Below are positions 18,209 through 26,470 of a stretch of 45,171 nt of DNA, one piece after another. The notes beneath the pieces were generated by a model. The model saw only the letters and a program-made list of their open reading frames with translations. It was not told the origin of the DNA and made no database searches. Source of the stretch: Dehalococcoidia bacterium (GTDB lineage Bacteria; Chloroflexota; Dehalococcoidia; GIF9; AB-539-J10); NCBI GenBank assembly GCA_034414335.1, contig DAOUMB010000068.1:1-45171 (forward strand), given 5' to 3'. How positions within the stretch are numbered: position 1 is the first letter of the stretch; every line of letters begins with the position of its first letter. Both the position numbers and the translations under genes were made by a program.

Positions 18209-19951
18209 ATGTCGTTAGCCGAAATACAGGAACCGCCAGATAAAGGTATGACCCTGCTGGCTGGTGCTCCTGGAGCTGGGAAATCCACCTTCTGCCACCA
18301 GGTAGTCCTGAAGAGCATAGCTCTAGACAAGCCGGTCATCTTCGTCACCACTGAGCGACGCCCCGCTGAGATCATAGAGCTATTGCGTGAAAGGGGTATA
18401 GGCGAGATGGTCGGGTTGAACTTTGTTGATGCCTTCACTGAGACAGTGGGGCTGACATGCACCCAGCGCTTAGACACGGTGTGTGCTAACTGTGCCGACT
18501 TGAACAGCCTCAGCATCGCCGTTACCAGATTACAGGAGAGGACGGGGCCAAAGGGTGTCCTTCTTGTCTTTGATTCCCTCACCTCTCCATATCTCTTTAA
18601 TGGTATGGAGTTAATCAAGTTCATGAGGCTGTTTCTATCTAAGTTTGCCTCTGAAGGGAACTCGGTGTTGGCCTTGATGGATGAGGGCTGCGGCAAGGAA
18701 GAAGACCTGGGAGCCATGATGAGCGTCGCTGATGGCATCATCAGGATGGAGACGAAAGAGGGCTCAAGAATCATAAACGTGGTCAAACACTCCAAAGTGA
18801 CACCAACAGAAATTAAGCTGCCAGTAACAGGAAGCACTGCAGTCCCATTTCGTGTTCTGGATACTTTTTGGGAGTCGCACGCTAAATCTGGTTTTGGCAC
18901 AGGGGCTAAACCACCAATTCGCACTGAGATGGGGGATTTCGTGAACGTCTTCTGGCTAAGTTTCGTCACCTGGGCTGGGATGCTTTGGGACCCCAAAAGA
19001 TTCCCTTCCCTGCTTTACGACCTGACAAAGGATACTATTGGCCAGGCGATAAAACTGGTTATGGGTAAAAAAGCCCCATGGTATTTTAGGCTACCGTTTA
19101 GATTCCTCCGCCCAAAAAGTTGCAGCAATATCGGGGCGGTAAAAAGAGTCTTCCCGCGTTTCGAAAAAGGGCGACGTGAACATGACAGAGACAGAATGTT
19201 GGAATATGTTAGTGAAATCTCGAAAACAGATGAGCACTACTTTAGAGCCTACGAAGGTGCCTCATGCTGGGGACTGGAAAACATTGGAGCGCCATTATGC
19301 TTCAGTGACGCCGCCGACCTGGCCGGGACGTTGAAAAGTATGGAAAAACAAGAGCGGGACTGGAATGTGGTTGAAACGGCATGCGTCGGGGAAGGAGCCC
19401 CCTGCTGCGAGTTCAAGGCAGTCCCCGGCGAATTGGATGAACTCGAATCCCGCCTCACCGCATTAGACAGCTCAATAGTACAGAGAATAGTGGAGCGGCT
19501 GATAGAATATGTCGCCGCATTCATGCTCCAGGGAAAGCCCTTGGGTGAGAGACCAACGTTGGGAAGTGGGGTTTATACACATGGATTCGTAGCTGGCTTG
19601 GCGCTTCCGGCGTTAGCCAGTGAAAGATACCGAATGGCCATTAGGATGGGTGGTGCTATGACTGGAAAAAGGCTTGGCGAACGCCTGATGAATGCCGGAA
19701 TAGGGGAAGATGAAGTAGTTAAGCGTGTGACTGGTTTCATGGAATACTGCAAAGTGGGCAAGATAAGCATAGGTGAGACCATAAGGATGAAGGAGAACTG
19801 CGAGACCTTCGGATTAGAAATTGGGGAGCCTTGCTGCTTCTTCACCACCGGTTTCCTGAACGGTCTTTTCTCAGCAGTCAAAAACCAACATGTCAGGGAA
19901 GTAAAGTGTATTGCCGCTGGAGACGCTTACTGCGAGTGGGAAATCGTATAG
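18209..19951 (+). CDS. KaiC-like ATPase fused to two V4R-like modules, paralog 1
   Basis: It starts 11 nt after the previous stop and has a GGGAGGAGAGGG RBS. The N-terminal ~225 aa carry Walker A GAPGAGKST, FVTTE and Walker B LLVFDSLTS. The C-terminal ~350 aa contain two modules ending ETACVGEGAPCCEFKAVPGE and PCCFFTTGFLNGLFSAVKNQHVREVKCIAAGDAYCEWEIV-stop, which is the classic V4R C-terminal signature. Confidence 0.8.
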   Translation: MSLAEIQEPPDKGMTLLAGAPGAGKSTFCHQVVLKSIALDKPVIFVTTERRPAEIIELLRERGIGEMVGLNFVDAFTETVGLTCTQRLDTVCANCADLNSLSIAVTRLQERTGPKGVLLVFDSLTSPYLFNGMELIKFMRLFLSKFASEGNSVLALMDEGCGKEEDLGAMMSVADGIIRMETKEGSRIINVVKHSKVTPTEIKLPVTGSTAVPFRVLDTFWESHAKSGFGTGAKPPIRTEMGDFVNVFWLSFVTWAGMLWDPKRFPSLLYDLTKDTIGQAIKLVMGKKAPWYFRLPFRFLRPKSCSNIGAVKRVFPRFEKGRREHDRDRMLEYVSEISKTDEHYFRAYEGASCWGLENIGAPLCFSDAADLAGTLKSMEKQERDWNVVETACVGEGAPCCEFKAVPGELDELESRLTALDSSIVQRIVERLIEYVAAFMLQGKPLGERPTLGSGVYTHGFVAGLALPALASERYRMAIRMGGAMTGKRLGERLMNAGIGEDEVVKRVTGFMEYCKVGKISIGETIRMKENCETFGLEIGEPCCFFTTGFLNGLFSAVKNQHVREVKCIAAGDAYCEWEIV

Positions 19952-19974
19952 TCAACAACAATATGGGGGATAGC

Positions 19975-21765
19975 ATGGAGAAAAGGAGACTGTCATTAGC
20001 CGAGATACAGGAAGTGCCGAAGGAGAGCTTGATTCTGCTGACAGGGACCCCGGGAGCTGGAAAGTCCACCTTCTGCCACCAGGTGGTGCTCAATGGGCTG
20101 GCCATGGAAAAACCAGTCGTATTCGTGACCACGGAGCACGGCCCTACCGAGGTCATAGGTCTTCTAAGAGAAAGAGGCATGGGTGAACCCCCACCTGGCG
20201 CGCTCAGTTTCATTGATGCCTTCGGGGAAACTGTTGGAGTGACAACCCCGGAGCGGCCAGATACCGTGAATGCCAACTGTGAAGACCTGAACAGTATAAG
20301 TATGGCTATTGCCAAAGTGCAGGAAAAAATTGGCAGGAAAGATATTCTCCTCGCTTTTGATTCCTTGACATCCCCATACCTTTTCAACGAAAAGGAGGTG
20401 TTTAGATTTATGAGGCTATGCCTGGCGAGGTTCGCTTCTGAAGGGAATTCAGTATTAGCCTTGATGGATGAGGGCTGCGGCAAAGAGGAGGACCTTACAG
20501 CCATGATGAGCACGGCGGACGGCATCGTCAAGATAGAAACAAAGGAGGATAAGCGGCTCTTCAACGTCGTGAAGCACCCGAAAGTGAGACCGACAAGAAT
20601 TGAGATTCCCATTGAACCCGAAAGGATTGGACTCGAAGAGCGCGTCATCAATCCTGATATGTTGGCACGGTTCCTTCGAGGAGATGAAGCAGTGATGAGA
20701 AGAGAGGTCGGGGACTTCGTGAGCCTGTTCTGGCCGAACTTCGCCCACTGGAGCGGGATGCTATGGGATCCTAAACGGTTCCCAATAATTGTGTACGAGA
20801 TGAACAAGGAGGACAATCCCTCCATGTTCAAGCTGATGATGGAGAATGAAGCGATCAAACGCGCCGTGATTCCTTGGCACAAGAGCCTTCTCCTCAGATT
20901 CATGCTGAAGAGCTTCAGTAAGGTAAAAGACATGAAGAACCTGGCGAAATATACATCGCTTGGCCTCCCGAAACATGAGCGCAGCGGCATCGGTGAATAC
21001 CTTGAAGATGCATCTAAGACCGACGAACATTATGTCAGAATATACGAATCCTCCGAATGCTGGGGATTCGAAAATGTAGGCGCAACGATGGCTTTCTATC
21101 TTCCCCCTTTGATAGCAGGCTTTCTAAAGGGATTTGGGAGCTTGCAAGGACTCGAGAGGGACTGGAATTGTGTTGAGACAAAGTGCATAGGTTTAGGGGA
21201 CCCCTACTGTGAGTTCAAGTTGGTGCCTGGGGAAATCGAGGAGTTGAAGGCTTCTTTAGAGAAGGACATCTCGGTGATCCAAAGGATACATCAACGATTG
21301 ATGCACCACCTCATGGAGTTTCTGCTCCATGGAAAGCCGCTCTTGGAGAGACCTACGCTGGGAAGCCAAGTGAACGTCCATAGGGTCTGTCACGCGATGG
21401 TTTTTCCTGCCCTGGCTGGCGAGAGGTATCGAATGGTGTTGGGGATGGGGGGAGCCAGGTCGGGGAAGCTGGTCGGTGAACGCCTGTTGGAAGCTGGGTT
21501 AAAGGAGGATGAGGCCGTGAAACGTGTTCTAAATTTCCTAAACCGATGCAAGGTTGGAAAAGTTTCAGTGGCTGAAACGATAAGAATAGTGGAGAACTGT
21601 GAGAGTGCCCAGACGAAACTGTTCACGACGAAGGAGAAGACCCCCTCGTGCTTCTTCACCACTGGCTTCCTGAACGGACTCTTCTCGGCAGTTAAGAACC
21701 AGCACGTCAGGGAGAGCAAGTGCATAGTTGCCGGTGACCCCTACTGCGAATGGGAAATCGTATAG
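19975..21765 (+). CDS. KaiC-like ATPase fused to two V4R-like modules, paralog 2
   Basis: Same architecture as paralog 1 (GTPGAGKST, LLAFDSLTS, ETKCIGLGDPYCEFKLVPGE, ESKCIVAGDPYCEWEIV-stop). I prefer the start ATG at 19975 (MEKRRLSLAEIQEV, GGGGGA upstream), with 19963 as the alternative. The ORF-track start at 19831 lies inside paralog 1 and is rejected. Confidence 0.8.
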   Translation: MEKRRLSLAEIQEVPKESLILLTGTPGAGKSTFCHQVVLNGLAMEKPVVFVTTEHGPTEVIGLLRERGMGEPPPGALSFIDAFGETVGVTTPERPDTVNANCEDLNSISMAIAKVQEKIGRKDILLAFDSLTSPYLFNEKEVFRFMRLCLARFASEGNSVLALMDEGCGKEEDLTAMMSTADGIVKIETKEDKRLFNVVKHPKVRPTRIEIPIEPERIGLEERVINPDMLARFLRGDEAVMRREVGDFVSLFWPNFAHWSGMLWDPKRFPIIVYEMNKEDNPSMFKLMMENEAIKRAVIPWHKSLLLRFMLKSFSKVKDMKNLAKYTSLGLPKHERSGIGEYLEDASKTDEHYVRIYESSECWGFENVGATMAFYLPPLIAGFLKGFGSLQGLERDWNCVETKCIGLGDPYCEFKLVPGEIEELKASLEKDISVIQRIHQRLMHHLMEFLLHGKPLLERPTLGSQVNVHRVCHAMVFPALAGERYRMVLGMGGARSGKLVGERLLEAGLKEDEAVKRVLNFLNRCKVGKVSVAETIRIVENCESAQTKLFTTKEKTPSCFFTTGFLNGLFSAVKNQHVRESKCIVAGDPYCEWEIV

Positions 21766-21788
21766 TCAACAACAATATGGGGGATAGC

Positions 21789-23590
21789 ATGGAGAAAAGA
21801 GGATTATCATTAACCAAAATACAGGAAGTTCCGAAGGAGAGCTTGATTCTGCTGTCAGGACCCCCGGGAGCAGGAAAATCCACCTTCTGTCATCAAGCGG
21901 TGCTCAACGGCCTGGCCATAGACAGACCAGTCGTATTCGTGACCACGGAGCACGAGCCTACCGAGGTCATACGCCTTTTAAGGGAAAAGGGCATGGGCAA
22001 GCTTCCGCCTAATGCGCTCAGTTTCATTGATGCTTTTGGGGAAACTGTGGGAGTGACAACCCCGGAGCGGCCAGACACCGTGAGTGCCAACTGCGAAGAC
22101 TTGAACAGTATAAGTATGGCTATCGCCAAAGTGCAGGAGAAAATTAGCAGAAGAGATATTTTCCTCGTTTTTGATTCCTTGACATCGCCCTATCTTTTTA
22201 ACAAGGAGGAAGTGTTCCGATTTATGAGGCTATGCCTGGCGAAGTTCGCTTCTGAGGGGAACTCGGTGCTGGCTTTAATGGATGAAGGCTGTGGCAAGGA
22301 AGAAGACTTGGGAGCTATGATGAGTGTCGCCGACGGCATCATCAAGATGGAGATAAGTGAGAGCTCAAGGACTTTAAATGTATTGAAGCACCCAAAGGTA
22401 AGGCCGACAAGGATTGAAGTCCCAATAGAAGCCAAACCGACAATCAAATCGACACTGCAGTTCGAGCCGAGTGTGATGAGGCAATTTGAGAAAAGTTGTC
22501 TCGGACAAGAAGAAGCCGCAGTGAGAAGGGAGGTTGGGGATTTCGTCAACGCGTTCTGGCCAAACCTTGCCCACTGGAGTGGCATGCTCTGGGACCCCAA
22601 AGGGTTCCCGACGATGATATACGACTTAAACAAGGAAGACTTCTCTATGGCACGGATGTGGATGTCATTTGCTCCGTGGCGCATGAGGTTTCTAGGAAAC
22701 CTCCTTTTTTTCTTCAAGCCCTTGGGTTCTTACCCAAGAACTTCAGCCGGGTAAAAGACATGAAAAAACTTTCCAAAGTGTTGGGGGGCAGTCCGTTTGG
22801 AAGCGCAGCGCGGATGGAGCGAAGCGGCATCTCGGAATACCTTGAGGGTGTCTCTAAGACCGATGAACACTACGTAAGAGTGTACGAGAGCTCTGATTGC
22901 TGTGGATTCGAAAACATCGGTGCCACCATAGCTTCCCATCTCCCTCCGGCTATAGCAGGCCAGATTATGGGGCTTGAGAAGGGCGATAGAAACTGGAACG
23001 CCGTGGAGACGAAGTGCATAGGACTGGGAGACCCCTACTGTGAATTCAAGCTGGTGCCCGGGGAAATTGATGAGCTAAAGGTTTCCCTGGAGAAAAACAG
23101 CGAAGTTGTTGAAAGGATACATGAACGGTTGATGGAGCGCCTCATGGGATTTCTGCTCGATAACACTCCCCTTGTGGAAAGACCTCGGTTGGGAAGCGAT
23201 GTGAACCTTGTTGTAGCCTCTTGCGCTATGGGTTTTCCCCATCTAGGTGAGAGATATTCAATGGCACAAAGGATGGGTGGTGCCAGATCAGGGAGGGAAA
23301 TTGGTAAACGCCTTATCGAAGCTGGATTAAAAGAGGACGAAGCAATAAAGCAGGTCATCGACTTCATGAACTACTGCAAGGTGGGCAAGGTCACTTTGAG
23401 TGAGACGATTAGAATAAGAGAGAACTGCGAATCCATTGACGCTGCCCTCTTTACCACTATCAGGGAGCCTTGCTGCTACTTCACCACCGGCTTCCTGAAT
23501 GGACTCTTCTCGGCAGTTAAAAAACAGCATGTCAGGGAAGTGAGGTGCATTGCTGCCGGTGACCCCTACTGCGAGTGGGAGATTATATAG
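21789..23590 (+). pseudogene. KaiC-like::V4R::V4R paralog 3, reading frame broken once (-1) near 22705-22712
   Basis: ORF 21750-22754 aligns with paralog 2 from MEKRGLSL to ..APWRMRFLGN. ORF 22496-23590, in the -1 frame, aligns from ..FLPKNFSRVKDMKKL to CIAAGDPYCEWEII-stop. One frame change restores a protein of about 600 aa and there are no other stops. It may be a genuine pseudogene, a homopolymer sequencing error or recoding. Confidence 0.7.
22706..22738 (+). other. candidate -1 frameshift cassette: T TTT TTC heptamer, 8-nt spacer, 7-bp stem-loop
   Basis: In the upstream frame the codons read ct[t ttt ttc] (22706-22712), which matches X XXY YYZ. CTTGGGT (22721-22727), loop TCTT and ACCCAAG (22732-22738) form a perfect hairpin. 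A -1 shift here joins exactly the two homologous frames. Confidence 0.35.
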
Positions 23591-23602
23591 TTATCAACTC
23601 AA

Positions 23603-24724
23603 CTAAGCAGGGATCGCCAGCCCTATGACGTAAGTTGCCGCCGCAGCTAATGTACCAATAGCCATCATCTCCAGCCCGCTTCGAATCCAGCTCTTCCTGG
23701 TGAAGATGGCCTTGCTAGCTCCAACCCCGAAAAGGCAAACTATACTGGCGATTACTGCGGTTATCACTGCCGAAGTTACCTCCATAAAGGCGAAGGGAAA
23801 TATGGGAATAACAGAGACGATAGCAAATGACAGCCCGGTGAGAAAAGCTGCTTTGACCGGAGGCCATGATTCTTCTGAGGTCAGCCCAAGTTCCTCTCCG
23901 ATAGTGAATGCTGCACTTGACTCCATCTCAGAGGCTACTCTGCCGGCGATAGCTTCAGCTTCCTGCCTCTTGAACCCTCTTGCTTGATAGAACCTTACCA
24001 GTTCCGCCCTTTGCTCTTCAGGACTCCGCTTCTTCCTGATTCCTTTCCTCTCACTTTCTTTCTCCGTTACCTCTTTCTCTGACTTTGACGACAGGTAGGA
24101 TCCCGCACCCATGGATATAGCCCCGGCGATTGCCCCCGCTACACCAGCTATAAGAATAAGGTGGCTTTCTGTGACCGCTCCATAGACCCCAGCTACCAGC
24201 GCCAGTATTGATACCAGCCCATCATTAGCTCCAAAGATGACATCTCTTACTCCGCCACCCCCTCCCATCTCCCAGCCCTCCATACCCAAAACCTCCTTTT
24301 TCACCCTCTCGATATGTAACCGCTCATCAGAAGCTATTCTAGTCCACATTTCCGAAGTAGCTATATCACTCATATTTCCGGCCTGAATTGCTAAGCTTTC
24401 GATGCTCTCATCCTCAGCTATTATGGCCCATTCAAAAAATGCCCTGGTGCCCAAAATGCGCATCATGAGGCTGACCCTTTGGTCTACGAAAAAGGTCCTC
24501 GTGATCCTCTGTTGTTCGCTTCCCAATTCCCTAATTCTCTCTGCCCAGTATTCTGAGTCCTTAACTTCGTCGGCATTGATTTCCACTAAGAGACGCTTTG
24601 TTCTTTCATCCGTAGCTTTCTTGGCAAGCCTTTCGTATCCCTTGGCTTGCATATTCTTATAAGCATAGATTTTCCTGGCGGTCTCGTAAAGTGCCTTTGT
24701 TTCCATATCCGTCAGCTCAGCCAT
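23603..24724 (-). CDS. ferritin/erythrin-like domain fused to a VIT1/CCC1-family iron transporter (MbfA-like architecture)
   Basis: The C-terminal part has the VIT1 signature FGANDGLVS and several hydrophobic helices. The N-terminal four-helix region has an E-x2-H motif (DERLHIE). I prefer the start ATG at 24724 (MAELTD). The ORF-track start at 24838 adds 38 residues with no family resemblance. Confidence 0.75.
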   Translation of the reverse strand: MAELTDMETKALYETARKIYAYKNMQAKGYERLAKKATDERTKRLLVEINADEVKDSEYWAERIRELGSEQQRITRTFFVDQRVSLMMRILGTRAFFEWAIIAEDESIESLAIQAGNMSDIATSEMWTRIASDERLHIERVKKEVLGMEGWEMGGGGGVRDVIFGANDGLVSILALVAGVYGAVTESHLILIAGVAGAIAGAISMGAGSYLSSKSEKEVTEKESERKGIRKKRSPEEQRAELVRFYQARGFKRQEAEAIAGRVASEMESSAAFTIGEELGLTSEESWPPVKAAFLTGLSFAIVSVIPIFPFAFMEVTSAVITAVIASIVCLFGVGASKAIFTRKSWIRSGLEMMAIGTLAAAATYVIGLAIPA

Positions 24725-24967
24725 TGTTGTTTTCTTTCTAGGAATTGTAGCATAAGCTTGCCCCTTTGTATTCGGTATCACCCTATGGACCCAAGCTGGC
24801 GTAGACGAGGCGTACACCTCGGAAAGTAAGTGTCTCAAACCTGCTTTGATGGTAAGCCTATCGGCACAGAAACAGTAAGGTAGCTAATCGGAAAGCTAAT
24901 TAGCGCCTGCGAAGAACTTGTAGAACAAAGGGGCTCTTAATAAGTGTTACCTTGCAAGACCTAGCCC

Positions 24968-25531
24968 CTATTGTCTTTTGACCTGGTATTTAGCTTTGCC
25001 TTCTTCGTAAAGGTCGCCGCCGTAAATGTCGTTTACCACAGTAACAGGGAAGTCTTCTACTTCCAGGCGGCGAAGGGCTTCAGCGCCAAGCTCTTCGTAG
25101 GCTATCACCTCTGCCCTCTTGATGCTCTTGGAAATTATGGCTCCGGCACCCCCTATTGCCCCCAGGTAGACCGCCTTGTGCTTTGCCATAGCATCTTTCA
25201 CTGCTTTGGACCGTGAGCCTTTGCCAATCATTCCCTTCAACCCTTCAGCTATTAAGCGTGGAGCATAAGCATCCATCCTCCCACTGGTAGTTGGGCCAGC
25301 AGAGCCAATTACTCTTCCGGGCCTAGCTGGGGTAGGCCCCATGTAGTATATCGTTGTCCCCTTGATATCAAAGGGTAGAGGCTTCCCTTGATCCAGCGCT
25401 TCGATCATCCTCTTATGAGCAGCATCCCGGGCCACGTAGATGACGCCGGTAAGCGAAAGATTGTCCCCTGCTTTGAGATCTTTCAAGATTTCATCAGTTA
25501 AAGGAAGTGTAACCTTTTTATCTTGGGCCAT
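24968..25531 (-). CDS. class I (Fe-S) fumarate hydratase / tartrate dehydratase beta-type subunit
   Basis: 187 aa with GVIYVARDAAHKRM, GPTTSGRMD and AIGGAGA, typical of the C-terminal/beta domain of Fe-S hydro-lyases. Confidence 0.85.
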   Translation of the reverse strand: MAQDKKVTLPLTDEILKDLKAGDNLSLTGVIYVARDAAHKRMIEALDQGKPLPFDIKGTTIYYMGPTPARPGRVIGSAGPTTSGRMDAYAPRLIAEGLKGMIGKGSRSKAVKDAMAKHKAVYLGAIGGAGAIISKSIKRAEVIAYEELGAEALRRLEVEDFPVTVVNDIYGGDLYEEGKAKYQVKRQ

Positions 25532-25603
25532 GATTAACCTCCCTGTGGCGCGGAATAAGCCCTGTACTACATATGCCCACCATCATCTTGAAATCTCTCA
25601 CCC

Positions 25604-26410
25604 CTACTTCCCCTTAAATACTGGCTCTCTCTTTTCCAGAAAAGCTTTCACTGCTTCTTTAAAGTCTTCCGTATGCGTGCACATCCTATTAAGTGCAATT
25701 TCGTAATCCAGATGCGAGGCCAAATCCACTTCAACGAGTCCTTTATATATGGCTCGCTTGGCATATTTGAGGGCAATGGGTGGACGTTTAAGCAATTTAT
25801 TTGCCAATTCCTCAGTTGCTTCCATTAATTTTTCATGAGGAACGACTTTGTTAACTAAGCCTATCCGCTCTGCCTCATTGGCATCAATCGTATCTCCAGT
25901 GAAAATTAATTCACAGGCCTTAGCACTACCAACAAGCTTAGGAAGGAAGAAGGTGCCCCCCGTATCAGGCATAAGCCCCCTCAGGATGAATGCCATAGAA
26001 AACTGCGCCTTTTCTGAAGCTATCCTTAAATCGCAAGCTGAGGCAATCGCAAAGCCAGCCCCAGCGGCTATCCCGTTTATAGCACCAATAACCGGCTTAT
26101 CCATTCTTCGGAGTTGAAGCCCAATAGTTACAACACTGGGTTTGCCCTGCATTATGCGCTCAAAAATTGTCTCTTCAGCTCCCTCAACTATTGCTGTTAG
26201 CTCCTTCCTTACATCAACACCGGAGGAGAAGCCTCTCCCCGCGCCGGTGACAATGAGTATCCTCATGTTTTCGTCTCTGTCTACTTCATTAATAGCATCC
26301 GTTGCCTCCCCAGCCATCTCATTATTCCAAGCATTTAATGTTTCCGGCCGGTTAAAGATTAAGGTAGCAATTCCGTTCTTTTTTTCCAGGATGATAGTTT
26401 TATACTTCAT
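25604..26410 (-). CDS. enoyl-CoA hydratase/isomerase (crotonase) family protein
   Basis: It has crotonase-fold motifs: NGIATLIFNRPETLNA, VTGAGRGFSSGVD and INGIAAGAGF. Substrate cannot be read from the sequence; a methylmalonyl-CoA decarboxylase-like role is possible given the context. Confidence 0.85.
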   Translation of the reverse strand: MKYKTIILEKKNGIATLIFNRPETLNAWNNEMAGEATDAINEVDRDENMRILIVTGAGRGFSSGVDVRKELTAIVEGAEETIFERIMQGKPSVVTIGLQLRRMDKPVIGAINGIAAGAGFAIASACDLRIASEKAQFSMAFILRGLMPDTGGTFFLPKLVGSAKACELIFTGDTIDANEAERIGLVNKVVPHEKLMEATEELANKLLKRPPIALKYAKRAIYKGLVEVDLASHLDYEIALNRMCTHTEDFKEAVKAFLEKREPVFKGK

Positions 26411-26470
26411 TCCTTGGCCTCCTAATCATATTCTCAGCCACCTTGCTACACCTCAGGCAATGACATTATC

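Larger units (their letters stand above)
18209..23590 (+). repeat. tandem array of three paralogous gene units of about 1.75-1.8 kb
   Basis: The three units have the same gene architecture. The junctions 1->2 and 2->3 share a 49-nt exact match (19937-19985 and 21751-21799). Copies 2 and 3 are clearly alignable at DNA level along their length by eye. Confidence 0.9.

Noticed and set aside
19831-19962. ORF-track start of paralog 2 at 19831 (and likewise 21750 for paralog 3), giving an N-terminal extension that overlaps the preceding gene.
   Set aside because: The extension lies in an alternative frame of the conserved C-terminus of the upstream paralog. Homology to paralog 1 begins only at ..LSLAEIQE. 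The ATGs at 19963/19975 and 21777/21789 sit just after the upstream stop.
18190-22717. Very long antisense ORFs opposite the KaiC-V4R paralogs (18190-18996, 268 aa; 19893-20990, 365 aa; 22190-22717, 175 aa; plus several shorter ones).
   Set aside because: Their products are Ser/Pro/Leu-rich and low in complexity and show no family resemblance. They mirror the sense frame of genes with strong homology signals and lack RBS-like sequences. They recur only because the sense genes are paralogs. I treat them as shadow ORFs.
24930-24968. GGGGCT...AGCCCC hairpin immediately after the fumarase-beta stop, followed on the transcribed strand by TTTGTT: a possible intrinsic terminator of the 11-gene operon.
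   Set aside because: The stem is only 6 bp, the loop is 27 nt and the U-tract is weak. This is not convincing enough to call.
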